64,000 bases of DNA, taken from the NCBI GenBank assembly GCA_028864975.1, contig JAGWLG010000002.1, forward strand, positions 101,600 to 165,599, given 5' to 3'. The position numbers were made by a program, and so were the translations under genes. This DNA is from Thermoplasmata archaeon. GTDB taxonomy: Archaea > Thermoplasmatota > Thermoplasmata > Lutacidiplasmatales > UBA184. Below, piece after piece: positions 44,093 to 53,420 of this stretch. Each line of letters opens with the position of its first letter. Positions within the stretch are counted from its first letter, which is position 1. A model generated the notes under the pieces. That model saw only the letters and a program-made list of their open reading frames with translations. It did no database searches and was not told where the DNA came from.

Positions 44093-46551
44093 GGCCCTTC
44101 GCTCCCATCCCGCGGGTCCGAGCGTGGAGCACCCCCGGACCGCTTTCGACGCCATACAACGGCCCCGAGCAGCAGCACCCCAAGCCCGGCGGCTCCCAGG
44201 ACCGCAGCGAGCTCGAGCGTAGAGGGGGTGCGCGGTCCGGTCGAGGTCGGTGCAGGAGCGGGGCCTAAGGTCACCATGAACGAGGTTGACGCATTTCCCT
44301 GGCGTGAGGGATAGGAGCTGTCGGTCACGACGACCGACGGTTGGTACCTCCCCACTTGATCCGGAGCGCAGGAGAGGTTCCCGCCTCCGATGGCCGAGCA
44401 GCCGGAAGGTAGACCTTGCCATGCGTAGGTGAACGGCGAGAGACCACCGGAGACCTCTACCGAGAGCCGCACGCTGTCCCCTAGGACCACCGTGGACGGT
44501 GTCGCACCGAGCTGCACGGGCAAGGGCGGAGGGGATGTGGGCACGGTCACGATGATCGCGATCGTAGTTTGGGTCGAGCGTCCGGAACCGTCCGTGACGG
44601 TCACAACGACCGTGTAGCTACCGGGAGAAGTGTAGGTGTGGGCGATGTCGAAACCCGTGCCCGAGGACGTGTCGCCGAAGTCCCAGGCGTAGGTGTACGG
44701 CGCCGTCCCTCCCGAGGCCGCGGCTGCGAAGCTCACGAGCAATGGGGCCGACCCGGTCTGGGGGGTTGCGGTTGCGGCCAACGTGAGCCGGGGAGGGCTC
44801 CCAGCCGTCGCCTCGACCCCCAGCGACGCGGTCGAGGAAACCCCTGTCGCATCGGTCACCTTGAGCGTGGCCGTGTAGTTCCCGACCGTCCCGTACGTAT
44901 GATTGGCCGTTGAGGCGAGGGCTCCGGTACCGTCGCCGAAGGCCCATACCCATCCGTACGGCGGCACTCCCCCTGTGGCCGAGCCCGAGAACGCCACGGC
45001 GAGGGGTGTGGCGCCAGTGAGGGGGGATCCTGTGGCGCGGGCGACCAGCGATGGCGGAGGGAAGGAGAGCGCAAGGTTCGCGAACCAATCGTTCTCTCCC
45101 GTCACGGGACCGGGGGTCGCGGCGGAGAGGATGAACCTCACGCCGCAGGTTGACCCAGGCGCGAAGGTCTCGTTGAGCGAACGGTGGGACCACCCGATCC
45201 CCGTGGGGAGGAGGCCGGAGGAGAGAACGTACTTCGTACCGCACGAGAGGTTCTGCTGGGCGAGCGTGACGTTCCGTTCATCCAGGTAGGCGTTGACCCC
45301 GACGTCCAACCGGGTGAGCGGGGCGTTCCACAGGCGAGTGATGGATGCGTTTCCCTCCAAGGTGACCGGACCAACCGCCCCTGTCGCATTGGCCGTGAAC
45401 AGGGTGACGTTCATCCCGTCCAGAGAGGAAGGGGCACAGGCACCCACCGGAGGGGTTCCCGCATACGACCATCCCCCCGGGCAGAACGCCCACCCATCGG
45501 GGGCACCTCCCATGTCGAGCGTCCAGTTGGCCGAACGTGAGCCGTTGAAGAGAAAGTCGTGGAGCAACGCGCCGACCCCGGAGGGATAGTCCCAGCAGCC
45601 GTTCCCGACCGCCCAGTCGGCCATGGCCCAGAAGGCCGTGTGGGTGATGTTGTACGACTCCAGGATGTGGACCCGTTGCGAGAATCCTCCCAACCCAACG
45701 TCGCCGGGGCAAGGGACGCCGTTCCCCACGTCCCCGGAGAGCCCCTCGCCCAACCGGTCGCGTGGATACTGGCCCAGGTCCTTGTACAGGCGGTTCCAGA
45801 AGTAGTACCAGCTGTAGTAGTCCATGTCGTAGAAGACGTCCACCGAGGTGGCGGAGAGGTAGGTGGCGTTCCAGAGCTGAGGGTCGAACCATGCGACATC
45901 CACGGTGGTACGGATCCCCTGGGCGTGAGAGGCGTTCGCGAACTGCCAGAGAAGGTGAGCGTACTCCGCGGAGGTGTTGGCGGGAGGCGTTCCGCTCCCC
46001 GTCCCTTCGATGTCCCAGTTGTACCCTTCGTAGCCGCTGCTGTTCGCCGTGGCCATCGCAGCCTGGATGAAGGCTGGCCACCAGTTCCGGTGATCGATGA
46101 GCGACAACGCATCCGACCCCGCGTTGTCGGCACTGTTGATCATGGGGATCACGTCGAGGCCCAGAGCGTGACCCGTCGCGGAGGTCTGGTCCGGGCACTG
46201 GCAATAGATGGAGCCTGTGGAGGTCACGAAGTACTGGATGTACGAGACCCCGGACTCGTTCTCGGCCATCCTCCCCAGTTCCGTGAGCCCCTGGTTCAAC
46301 GAGAGCCCACATCCATTGCAGAGCCAGGGCATGTTCTCCCGTTCGAGCGTGACGTAGGGGGACGCAGCGCTCCGCGGACCCATGTCGGAGGCATGACGTC
46401 CCAGCTCCCAGTCGGTCAGCGCACGTTCCGAGAGCTCCGTGATCGCGGCGGGGCTCCTTGCGGGCACATGACCGGAAACTGGTGGCGGAAGCAGGAGCAG
46501 GAGCGCGAACGCGAGGGGCGCCCATGGCGAGAAGGTCCTAGGCACGGTCAC
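44089..46551 (-). CDS. Secreted/anchored surface protein: N-terminal glycosidase-like domain, three PKD-like repeats, C-terminal TM anchor
   Basis: Signal-like FSPWAPLAFALLLLLPPPVSG. PKD repeats are GGVPPYGWVWAFGDGT...YTATLKVTD, GGTAPYTYAWDFGDTS...YTVVVTVTD and GGLSPFTYAWQG. Anchor is AAVLGAAGLGVLLLGAVVWRRKR. GYEGYNWDIEG is faintly GH18-like. Start taken at GTG 46551. Confidence 0.8.
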   Translation of the reverse strand: MTVPRTFSPWAPLAFALLLLLPPPVSGHVPARSPAAITELSERALTDWELGRHASDMGPRSAASPYVTLERENMPWLCNGCGLSLNQGLTELGRMAENESGVSYIQYFVTSTGSIYCQCPDQTSATGHALGLDVIPMINSADNAGSDALSLIDHRNWWPAFIQAAMATANSSGYEGYNWDIEGTGSGTPPANTSAEYAHLLWQFANASHAQGIRTTVDVAWFDPQLWNATYLSATSVDVFYDMDYYSWYYFWNRLYKDLGQYPRDRLGEGLSGDVGNGVPCPGDVGLGGFSQRVHILESYNITHTAFWAMADWAVGNGCWDYPSGVGALLHDFLFNGSRSANWTLDMGGAPDGWAFCPGGWSYAGTPPVGACAPSSLDGMNVTLFTANATGAVGPVTLEGNASITRLWNAPLTRLDVGVNAYLDERNVTLAQQNLSCGTKYVLSSGLLPTGIGWSHRSLNETFAPGSTCGVRFILSAATPGPVTGENDWFANLALSFPPPSLVARATGSPLTGATPLAVAFSGSATGGVPPYGWVWAFGDGTGALASTANHTYGTVGNYTATLKVTDATGVSSTASLGVEATAGSPPRLTLAATATPQTGSAPLLVSFAAAASGGTAPYTYAWDFGDTSSGTGFDIAHTYTSPGSYTVVVTVTDGSGRSTQTTIAIIVTVPTSPPPLPVQLGATPSTVVLGDSVRLSVEVSGGLSPFTYAWQGLPSGCSAIGGGNLSCAPDQVGRYQPSVVVTDSSYPSRQGNASTSFMVTLGPAPAPTSTGPRTPSTLELAAVLGAAGLGVLLLGAVVWRRKRSGGAPRSDPRDGSEGP

Positions 46552-46660
46552 GTCCGAGAGGAGCTTCGTTGTCCACAGGATGAACGTTGGGTGGGTCCGG
46601 ACGCGGCGGCGCTCTGTTCCGGCGCCCGAGGGCGGAAACAGCACACGCCCCGCGTACGAC

Positions 46661-47323
46661 CTATGGTATCCATCCGAGGCTTCGGAGGTACCGCCGGGCA
46701 CTGGGCACCCCGTGGATCGGAGGGAAGGTCTGCGCGTTCCAGCCGGCCTCCCGAGCCGCGCGAACGTTGTTCGGCAGGTCGTCGAAGAGGCAAATCTGGG
46801 CGGCAGGGACGCCGAGCCTAGCTCGCGCCCGGTGGAAGGCGAGGGGGCTAGGCTTGGTCGCTCGGAGCTGATACGATAGGAGATGCGGGTCGAAGCCCCG
46901 GCTCCACGCGCGGGAGAAGTACCGACGGTGCGACGCCTCGGTGTTGGAGAACAAGGCGGTCCTCAGACCGGCCCTGCGAAGTTCGGCTGCCCAGGCCACG
47001 ACCGCGCGTTGAGGTCGGGCCCTCTTCTCCAAGAGCTTCCACCAGGATTCACGGATCGCCCGGGAGATCGGCCGGCCGAGCTCTTTCGCGAAGCGGTCCC
47101 AGAAGGCGTCGAGGTCGATCCTCCCTGATTGTAACGGGGGGCGGAACCGTAGAAGGAGCTCCTGGAGGAGGGCCGGCGGCTCTCCGAGCTCCCGTGCGGC
47201 CCTGTCCATGACCAACCGGTCGTCCCAGTGGATGAGCACCCCTCCTACGTCAAAGACCACGAATCGGGGCGACGGGGTGCGTTCCGCCTTGCTCGCTCCT
47301 GCACCCCGGGACCGGCGGGCCAT
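46661..47323 (-). CDS. HAD-superfamily hydrolase
   Basis: Motif I VVFDVGGVL, motif II LFSNT, motif III/IV LFDDLPNNVRAAREAGW. Start ATG 47323. Confidence 0.8.
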   Translation of the reverse strand: MARRSRGAGASKAERTPSPRFVVFDVGGVLIHWDDRLVMDRAARELGEPPALLQELLLRFRPPLQSGRIDLDAFWDRFAKELGRPISRAIRESWWKLLEKRARPQRAVVAWAAELRRAGLRTALFSNTEASHRRYFSRAWSRGFDPHLLSYQLRATKPSPLAFHRARARLGVPAAQICLFDDLPNNVRAAREAGWNAQTFPPIHGVPSARRYLRSLGWIP

Positions 47324-47463
47324 GTCCTGCGCAGCAAACGTCGGATATGAGGGCGGGCAGGACCCGTGGCGGAAGCTCTCGGGCTCCCCCTTTGAGGAGA
47401 ACAAGCGCCGCTACGGACGACCCCTGGGAAGGCACCCCAGCTCCGGGCCCATGAGCACGTCCC

Positions 47464-49215
47464 TCATCCTCCTCGTCGAGCGGGCCGGGCCGAGGGACCC
47501 TTGGGACGCTCCTTCGGTCGGGTCGAGTCAGGTGAGGGGGAGCCCACCGGGACGATACCGAACGAAGGGTCCCTTGAGTTCATGACCTGCGCCCGAGGCG
47601 TCCAGCCTCTACGGGCGACCCCCGCCGCGAGTAGAAGCCGTGGCAGCTCCTCGGGCTGCCGCGGGAGCCCACTAAGCGCAACCTGCAGTCCCGAGAGGGC
47701 GAGCTCGTGGACCTTCGCGGTCTCGACCGCTACCTTCTCGTGCGTGACCGCCACCTCGACCGCGGCGAAGGGACTCGGCTCGGACAGAAGATCCTTCCAC
47801 TCCAGCCCCGAACTGGCCAAGGTCTCCGGGTCGACGTGGCCGAGGACGGCAGGAGTGGACGGAGGATTCCCCACGAGGGCTTGCCACCACTCCCGAGGGG
47901 AGGAGATGCGATGGGTAGGAGGTCGCACGACAACGAAGTCCGTACCCTCAGGGATGGGGGGCCAGCCCTGCGGATCGAGGAGCACTTCGACTGCCAAGAG
48001 CAGCCGAACGTCGGAGGGCCTCTTCGGGAGGGCCGCACGGAGGTCGTCGAGGGTCGTCCGCTTCGCTTGTAGGTCCTGCTCGCGGACGACGAAACCTCCG
48101 TAGCGAAGTCCCAGGCTTCGAAGAGCCTCGACCCACGGAGCAACGTCCTCGACCCCCATCGAGGGGGGAACGTGGATGTGGTATTCGCCCGTGAGGTCTC
48201 GGTCGGATGCGATGGGCGGCACCTCTCCCCTCGCCGCTGCCTCGATCTCCCCCTGGTCCTCTCTCAGCTCCGGAGGGATCCAGGGGAGGCCCACCGCGGC
48301 GTAGACCTCCTCCTCGGTGCGAGCCGGGACGAGCTTTTCGTCCCGGGTGAGGCCATACTCGTTGATGCTGAGACCCTTCTTGTTCGCGAGAGAGCGGAGA
48401 TGGACGTTGTGGTCCTTGGACCCGGTGAAGTACTGCAAGGCCGCGCCGAACGCCTCGGGCGCGACGACCCGCAGGTCGACCTGAAGCCCTTCCTTGAGCA
48501 CCACGGTCGACTTCGTTTCTCCCGACAGTCGGACCTCCCCAACTTCCTCCAAATGAACGAACCGGTCCATGACCTCCTTCGGTCGGGACGAGGTGGCCAG
48601 CAGGTCGAGGTCGCCCACCGTTTCCCGCCTTCGCCGTAGGCTACCAGCGAAGAGGAGCTGTTCGAAGGGGGCACCAGACCCGCGCAGGGAAGCGAGCAGG
48701 TCGTCCGCCGCCGCCTGGGCCATGGGAAGCGGGATCCGTCGCTCTCCCGACCTCGGGGAAGGAGAGGTGCGTGCGCGGGCGAGCGCCCTCTGGAAGAGTT
48801 CGATCTTCCGGTCGCCGAACCCGAAGACTCCGCGAAGCTTTCCGTCGCGGATGAGCTTCTCCAGGTCCTCGGGACCGGTGACCTGGAACTCGACGAAGAA
48901 CCGACGGGTGGTCTTGGGACCGATGCCCTCGAGCCGCATGAGCTCTAAGAGACCGGGGGGCCACTGCTGCCGGAGCTTCTCGAGGTAGGGCACACTCCCG
49001 GTGGCCACGTACTCGCGGACCTTCTCGGAGAGCGCCTCACCGATACCCGGTACCTCGTCGACCTTCCCGGTCCTGACCAGGTCCTTCACGTCGGTCGGTA
49101 GTTGCTGCAGGGTCCGAGCCGCGCGCCGGTAGGCCTCCGGCTTGAACTTTACCCCCTCGAGATCGAGGAGGTCCGCGATCTCGAGGAAGATCTCGGCGAT
49201 CCCTTCGTTCGCCAT
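47464..49215 (-). CDS. polX: Family X DNA polymerase (PolX) with C-terminal PHP domain
   Basis: N-terminal lyase/HhH region [31 protein letters not shown] and [10 protein letters not shown]. Pol beta core [19 protein letters not shown] start is GEYHIHV. ATG 49215 lies 28 nt from a TATA box. Confidence 0.85.
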   Translation of the reverse strand: MANEGIAEIFLEIADLLDLEGVKFKPEAYRRAARTLQQLPTDVKDLVRTGKVDEVPGIGEALSEKVREYVATGSVPYLEKLRQQWPPGLLELMRLEGIGPKTTRRFFVEFQVTGPEDLEKLIRDGKLRGVFGFGDRKIELFQRALARARTSPSPRSGERRIPLPMAQAAADDLLASLRGSGAPFEQLLFAGSLRRRRETVGDLDLLATSSRPKEVMDRFVHLEEVGEVRLSGETKSTVVLKEGLQVDLRVVAPEAFGAALQYFTGSKDHNVHLRSLANKKGLSINEYGLTRDEKLVPARTEEEVYAAVGLPWIPPELREDQGEIEAAARGEVPPIASDRDLTGEYHIHVPPSMGVEDVAPWVEALRSLGLRYGGFVVREQDLQAKRTTLDDLRAALPKRPSDVRLLLAVEVLLDPQGWPPIPEGTDFVVVRPPTHRISSPREWWQALVGNPPSTPAVLGHVDPETLASSGLEWKDLLSEPSPFAAVEVAVTHEKVAVETAKVHELALSGLQVALSGLPRQPEELPRLLLAAGVARRGWTPRAQVMNSRDPSFGIVPVGSPSPDSTRPKERPKGPSARPARRGG

Positions 49216-49239
49216 GATGGCGGGAGCACATCTTGGGCC

Positions 49240-49247
49240 GATATAGG
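49240..49247 (-). promoter_or_regulatory. TATA box (CCTATATC on minus strand), leaderless spacing to polX ATG 49215
   Basis: Centre lies about 28 nt upstream of the start codon. It may also serve the divergent antiporter gene. Confidence 0.35.
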
Positions 49248-49294
49248 GGGCGTCCACCCCCGCCACCCAGGTCAGGTCGAGGCAGAAGCTTGAG

Positions 49295-50794
49295 ATGGTC
49301 CACCGGGATGTTTGCGTGTTCATGACGAGCACAGCCTTCGTCCTGGCCGTCGCGGGCGGGGCTCTCCTCGTGGCCTTCACCGCGGACGTGATCGCACGTC
49401 GCCTGGGCTTCCCCGACGTGCTCTTCGTCCTGGCCGTCGGGGTCCTGGTCGGGCTGGCCGGGCCGACCCTGCACTTCACGATCTCCACGCTGCTCTCCTT
49501 CGCTCCCTACCTGGGAACGGCCGCTCTCGCGTTGATCCTCTTCGACGCGGGGCTCGATCTGGAGGAGTCCAAGCTCGAGAACGTCCCTTCCAACGCCGCG
49601 TTGCTCGCGGTCCTTTCCGTCGGTCTCGCGTTCGCCGTGACCTTCCCCGTCGCGTATCTCTACCTCACCGGGAGGTCGCTCCTGCTCTCCCTCGTGTTCG
49701 CGGGCGCCCTCTCCTGCACGTCGAGCGCCGTGGTCGTGCCCGTGGCGTCCCGGATGTCCCTCCCTTCCACCGCGCGTTCTATCGTGCACGTCTCCTCCGC
49801 GCTCGAGGACACCATCGCCGTGGTGCTCGTCACGACGCTCATGGTCCTCCTCCTTCCCGCCTCCAATGGGGTACCGGTGGTGGCCCTCGTGTTGCTGCCC
49901 CTGCCGCTGGGGGCCCTGGGGGGATTCCTGGGGGGACTTGCCTGGATCGAAGCGACCCTACGCTGGCAGAACCGTCCGTTCTTCTCGATGGCCACGGTGG
50001 GATTCCTGTTCGCCCTGGTGGGGGCTGTGACCGCTCTGGGTGGAGCGGGGATCCTCTCTGCATTGGTCTTCGGGGTCGTCCTGGGCAACGGTCAGTGGAT
50101 CCGCGACCGGCTGAAGTGGAAGGGCGACTTCGTCCTCATGGTCCAGGTTCGGCAGTTCCAGACGGAGGTCGCGTTCCTGCTTCGCGCCTTCTTCATGCTG
50201 GTCCTCGGTATGCTCGTCGGGTTCGCGGCCGGCTCCCTCGAGCTGATGCTCGTGGGCGGGGTGCTCGCCGCCCTCGTCCTCGCCACCCGGGCGACCGCGG
50301 TGGAAGGCTTCCTGCGCATCTCGAAACGCCCGCGCAGCTGGAACCTTCCTTTCACCGCCCTTGGCGCGCGCGGGCTCACCAGCGCGGTCCTGGTGATCCT
50401 ACCGGTGACCGTGGGGCTGGTCCCGTCCACCGCTTCCTTCCTGACCCCCACCCTCGTTGTGGTCGTCGCGACCGTGGCCGCCACTAGTATCGGCGTCCTC
50501 CTCTACGAACGGGTCCCGTCCATTCACGACGGAAGCTTCGGCGAGAGGGTCCAAAAGGCTCCTATGTCGCGGGAGGATCTGGAACGCCTCTACCGTTCAG
50601 GTCCCGGCGGGGCGGGCACTACTCACCCCTCACAGTCTGCCGATGGCCCGATGCGTGGTGTCGACCGCCCGCCCGGTGGCGCGGCCGCCCCAGGTTCGCC
50701 CGAGGAGTCTCGACCCGTGGTCGCTGCGGCACCGCCCCTCTTCGACGGGCAATCCCCCCCGCCACTTCCGGTTCGTCCTCCACGCGGCGGGTGA
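49295..50794 (+). CDS. Cation:proton antiporter (Na+/H+ exchanger family) with Pro-rich cytoplasmic tail
   Basis: About 12 TM helices with an NhaP-like N-terminus (ADVIARRLGFPDVLFVLAVGVLVG). Alternative start ATG 49322. Confidence 0.85.
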   Translation: MVHRDVCVFMTSTAFVLAVAGGALLVAFTADVIARRLGFPDVLFVLAVGVLVGLAGPTLHFTISTLLSFAPYLGTAALALILFDAGLDLEESKLENVPSNAALLAVLSVGLAFAVTFPVAYLYLTGRSLLLSLVFAGALSCTSSAVVVPVASRMSLPSTARSIVHVSSALEDTIAVVLVTTLMVLLLPASNGVPVVALVLLPLPLGALGGFLGGLAWIEATLRWQNRPFFSMATVGFLFALVGAVTALGGAGILSALVFGVVLGNGQWIRDRLKWKGDFVLMVQVRQFQTEVAFLLRAFFMLVLGMLVGFAAGSLELMLVGGVLAALVLATRATAVEGFLRISKRPRSWNLPFTALGARGLTSAVLVILPVTVGLVPSTASFLTPTLVVVVATVAATSIGVLLYERVPSIHDGSFGERVQKAPMSREDLERLYRSGPGGAGTTHPSQSADGPMRGVDRPPGGAAAPGSPEESRPVVAAAPPLFDGQSPPPLPVRPPRGG

Positions 50795-50932
50795 ACCCCG
50801 AGTCGAGCGACGGTTAGGGTGGGAGTCCTCCTGGGGCGCCTACCCGAGTGAACGAGGCCCCAATGAGGTACGGTCAATCAGGGCCTTGCGAGCGCTGGAC
50901 CTCTCGAGACCCTACCGGAGCCGTGGACGACA

Positions 50933-52018
50933 TTGGAACAACGGGTCGCTCCTCCGCAGGGACGGGAGCCGTCGCTCTCGCAATCGCGGCGCATGGTTAT
51001 CGGGTCGGTCCCACTCTCCTCTACGGTGCACCGAACCCGTCCTTCCCCGTCCCTGGGGAGCCACTTGGGGTCCCTCGCTTCACACTTTCCGTACGAGCGC
51101 TCGCTCCCTCAGGACCCTCTCGCCATGGTCCGTCCCTTTGCCGCCGACGCTCGGTCGGCCGAGATCGCGGGGATCCTAGCCTCCACGGTCGCCGTAGGGA
51201 ACGTGAAGGCCATCCGACGCGCGCTCGTAATCCTGTTCGATCGCATGGGGGAATCGCCCCGTCGGTACATCGAAGGCTTCCCCGCCCGACGTTGGAGGAT
51301 CGCTCTTCACCCGTGGCAGCATCGATGGATCCGCGCGGACCAGATCGGATTCCTCTGCGTACGGCTCCAGGAGATCTACGCTCGGTACCCTGGGGGACTG
51401 GAGGAGGTCGTCCTACGTGGGATGGCGGAGGCGGGAGAACTTGCCGCCCCCGAGGAGAAGTGCGCCCACGGGCTGCACGCGCTCTCAGAGGCGCTCCGCT
51501 GGGGTTCGGTGGATCGCGCGCCGACGGTCTTCGAACCTCCTCCAGGTTATCTGCGTCTCTTCCCGAGCCCGCTCGGGCCCGGAGAACCTGCCTGCAAGCG
51601 CGAAGCGCTCTTCCTCCGGTGGATGGTGCGTCGCGGTTTTCCGGATCTGGGGCTATGGAAGTCGGTCGCTCCATCCGACCTTCAGATCCCCCTGGACACC
51701 CACGTGTACTGGATCGCCTATCATCTCGGACTGACCCGGCGAAGGACCCGGAACTGGCGAACGGTGGTCGAGATCACCCGAGGATTGCGTCGGTTCGATG
51801 CCCAGGACCCCGTGAGGTTCGACTTCGTCCTTGCTCACACCGGCATCTCCGGGGACTGCCCCAAGCGGCGAGACCCCGAGGTCTGCGCACCCTGCGCCGT
51901 TCGGGCGGACTGCGACCTGTGGCGGGGCCGTCGGATCCTCTTCAGCGCGCCCCCGCGCTGTCCGCCGGCCAACGCCCCGGCTCCGGCGGTCTCGAACCGG
52001 TCGAGGGTCGCCGCATGA
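50933..52018 (+). CDS. TIGR02757/DUF2400-like protein (HhH-GPD-like fold with Fe-S cluster loop)
   Basis: IPLDTHVYWIAYHLGLT and the C-terminal C-x8-C-x2-C-x5-C (CPKRRDPEVCAPCAVRADC). The family name is recalled from memory. The start may be ATG 50993. Confidence 0.65.
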   Translation: MEQRVAPPQGREPSLSQSRRMVIGSVPLSSTVHRTRPSPSLGSHLGSLASHFPYERSLPQDPLAMVRPFAADARSAEIAGILASTVAVGNVKAIRRALVILFDRMGESPRRYIEGFPARRWRIALHPWQHRWIRADQIGFLCVRLQEIYARYPGGLEEVVLRGMAEAGELAAPEEKCAHGLHALSEALRWGSVDRAPTVFEPPPGYLRLFPSPLGPGEPACKREALFLRWMVRRGFPDLGLWKSVAPSDLQIPLDTHVYWIAYHLGLTRRRTRNWRTVVEITRGLRRFDAQDPVRFDFVLAHTGISGDCPKRRDPEVCAPCAVRADCDLWRGRRILFSAPPRCPPANAPAPAVSNRSRVAA

Positions 52019-52464
52019 AGTCCTGGCGGGGGGCGGACCTCGACCCCGAGCTCATCGAGAGCTGTCGCGCTTACGCCCAAGGGATCTCCCTCGGGACGGA
52101 GCACGAGGAGGTCCTTCCCGGCAACAAAGGTGTGGTGCGTCGCATCCGGGTCTCCCATGGGGAGCAGTCGGTGATACGAACGGAGGTCCGTTCCATGCTC
52201 ACCGAGCGGATCTTCGTCGACGCCACCCCTCTCGGAGCGGTCCTCCTGCTGCTCGAGATCGCGAGGCGACGGGATGCCCCGAAGCTCCTGGTCGTGCGAT
52301 CGGGGGAGACGGCCGGAGAGTACGCTCAGGGGGCGATCGAGATCGCCTGGGGCGCGGTCATGCTGGAGGGGAGCGGGGTCTCGCTCTGGGGTGGGGGGCT
52401 TCCCGGGGACCCCCGACGGTTGGACATGACCGAGCTCATCTCCCTCGCGGAGACCGTGCTCTGA
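52015..52464 (+). CDS. Hypothetical protein (149 aa), translationally coupled to the TIGR02757-like gene
   Basis: ATG 52015 overlaps the upstream TGA (ATGA). Composition is balanced. It is the only credible part of track ORF 50848..52464. Confidence 0.45.
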   Translation: MKSWRGADLDPELIESCRAYAQGISLGTEHEEVLPGNKGVVRRIRVSHGEQSVIRTEVRSMLTERIFVDATPLGAVLLLLEIARRRDAPKLLVVRSGETAGEYAQGAIEIAWGAVMLEGSGVSLWGGGLPGDPRRLDMTELISLAETVL

Positions 52465-52485
52465 GCACCCGAAGGCGGAGGACGT

Positions 52486-53313
52486 TCACTTGGAGGCCGG
52501 TGCTGCCTTCGCGGGGGCCCCGCCCTCCTCTAGGGAGGGGAGGGCCGCGAGGAACTCCAGCACCGCCTGATTGAAGGCGGAAGGGTTCTCGAGGAAGGGG
52601 AGATGCCCCGCGCCCGGGATCCCGACGCCCTTGGCCCCAGGGATCGCATCCACCAGGGCTTTCGACTGCTTGGGAGGGATCGTTCGGTCCTCTTCTCCCC
52701 AGATCACTAGCGTGGGGACCCTCACCTCGGGCAGGAGGGACGTGAAGTCCGGTCGGCCCGCGAGCGCGACCAGGGAGGCGATCATCGCGGGAACGGGAGA
52801 GGCACGAACGATCTGGAGCACCGCGGGAAAGAGGTCAGGGTTTCCGACGTTGTTCGGAGCGAGAAGGTTCCGCGCGGTCTCGACCGCAAATCCCCCGGGG
52901 CCCTCCTGACGGAGCCGGGCGATCGTCGCGTAGCGCTTCGCGGCGGCCTCCTCAGAGTCCGCCTCGGCGCGGGTGTTCGTCAGCACCAGCGCACGGACCC
53001 GCTCCGGATGCTCCCCATACTTGTGCAGCGCGAGGTACCCTCCGAGGGAATGGCCGATCACCACCGCGGGCGGGGAGGCCAGGGCGTGGGTGCTCGATTC
53101 CACGACCGCGGAGACGCCTTCCAGGGTCTCGGGAGGGCGAATGGTCGACGCTTGTCCGTATCCTGGAAGATCGAAGGCGACCACGCGGTTCCCGACCGCG
53201 AAGGGGTCGAGCTGCCCCTTCCACACGCCGCGGTGGAGCGGGAAACCGTGGAGGAGCACGATCGGGCTCCCGGAGCCTCGGTCGTCGTGGGGAAGGACGT
53301 CCGCCGTCGCCAT
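52486..53313 (-). CDS. Alpha/beta-fold hydrolase
   Basis: PIVLLHGFPLH and the nucleophile elbow GHSLGG. C-terminal GAGHLPFLENP. ATG 53313 lies 28 nt from a TATA box. Confidence 0.85.
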   Translation of the reverse strand: MATADVLPHDDRGSGSPIVLLHGFPLHRGVWKGQLDPFAVGNRVVAFDLPGYGQASTIRPPETLEGVSAVVESSTHALASPPAVVIGHSLGGYLALHKYGEHPERVRALVLTNTRAEADSEEAAAKRYATIARLRQEGPGGFAVETARNLLAPNNVGNPDLFPAVLQIVRASPVPAMIASLVALAGRPDFTSLLPEVRVPTLVIWGEEDRTIPPKQSKALVDAIPGAKGVGIPGAGHLPFLENPSAFNQAVLEFLAALPSLEEGGAPAKAAPASK

Positions 53314-53337
53314 CGGCGGTAGGCCCACATCACGGAG

Positions 53338-53345
53338 GTATAAGG
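53338..53345 (-). promoter_or_regulatory. TATA box (CCTTATAC on minus strand), leaderless spacing to ATG 53313
   Basis: Centre lies about 28 nt upstream of the start codon. Confidence 0.35.
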
Positions 53346-53420
53346 CAGCATGTCGGGGTCGAGCGAGCCGCGCGGCTTCCGCCCCATGCACACCCCCGTC
53401 TCCACCTTACGGCGGGGCGG

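Noticed and set aside
50848-52014. First 389 codons of the 538-aa ORF
   Set aside because: It runs out of frame through the TIGR02757-like gene with Arg/Pro/Gly-rich sequence. Only the part after ATG 52015 is kept.
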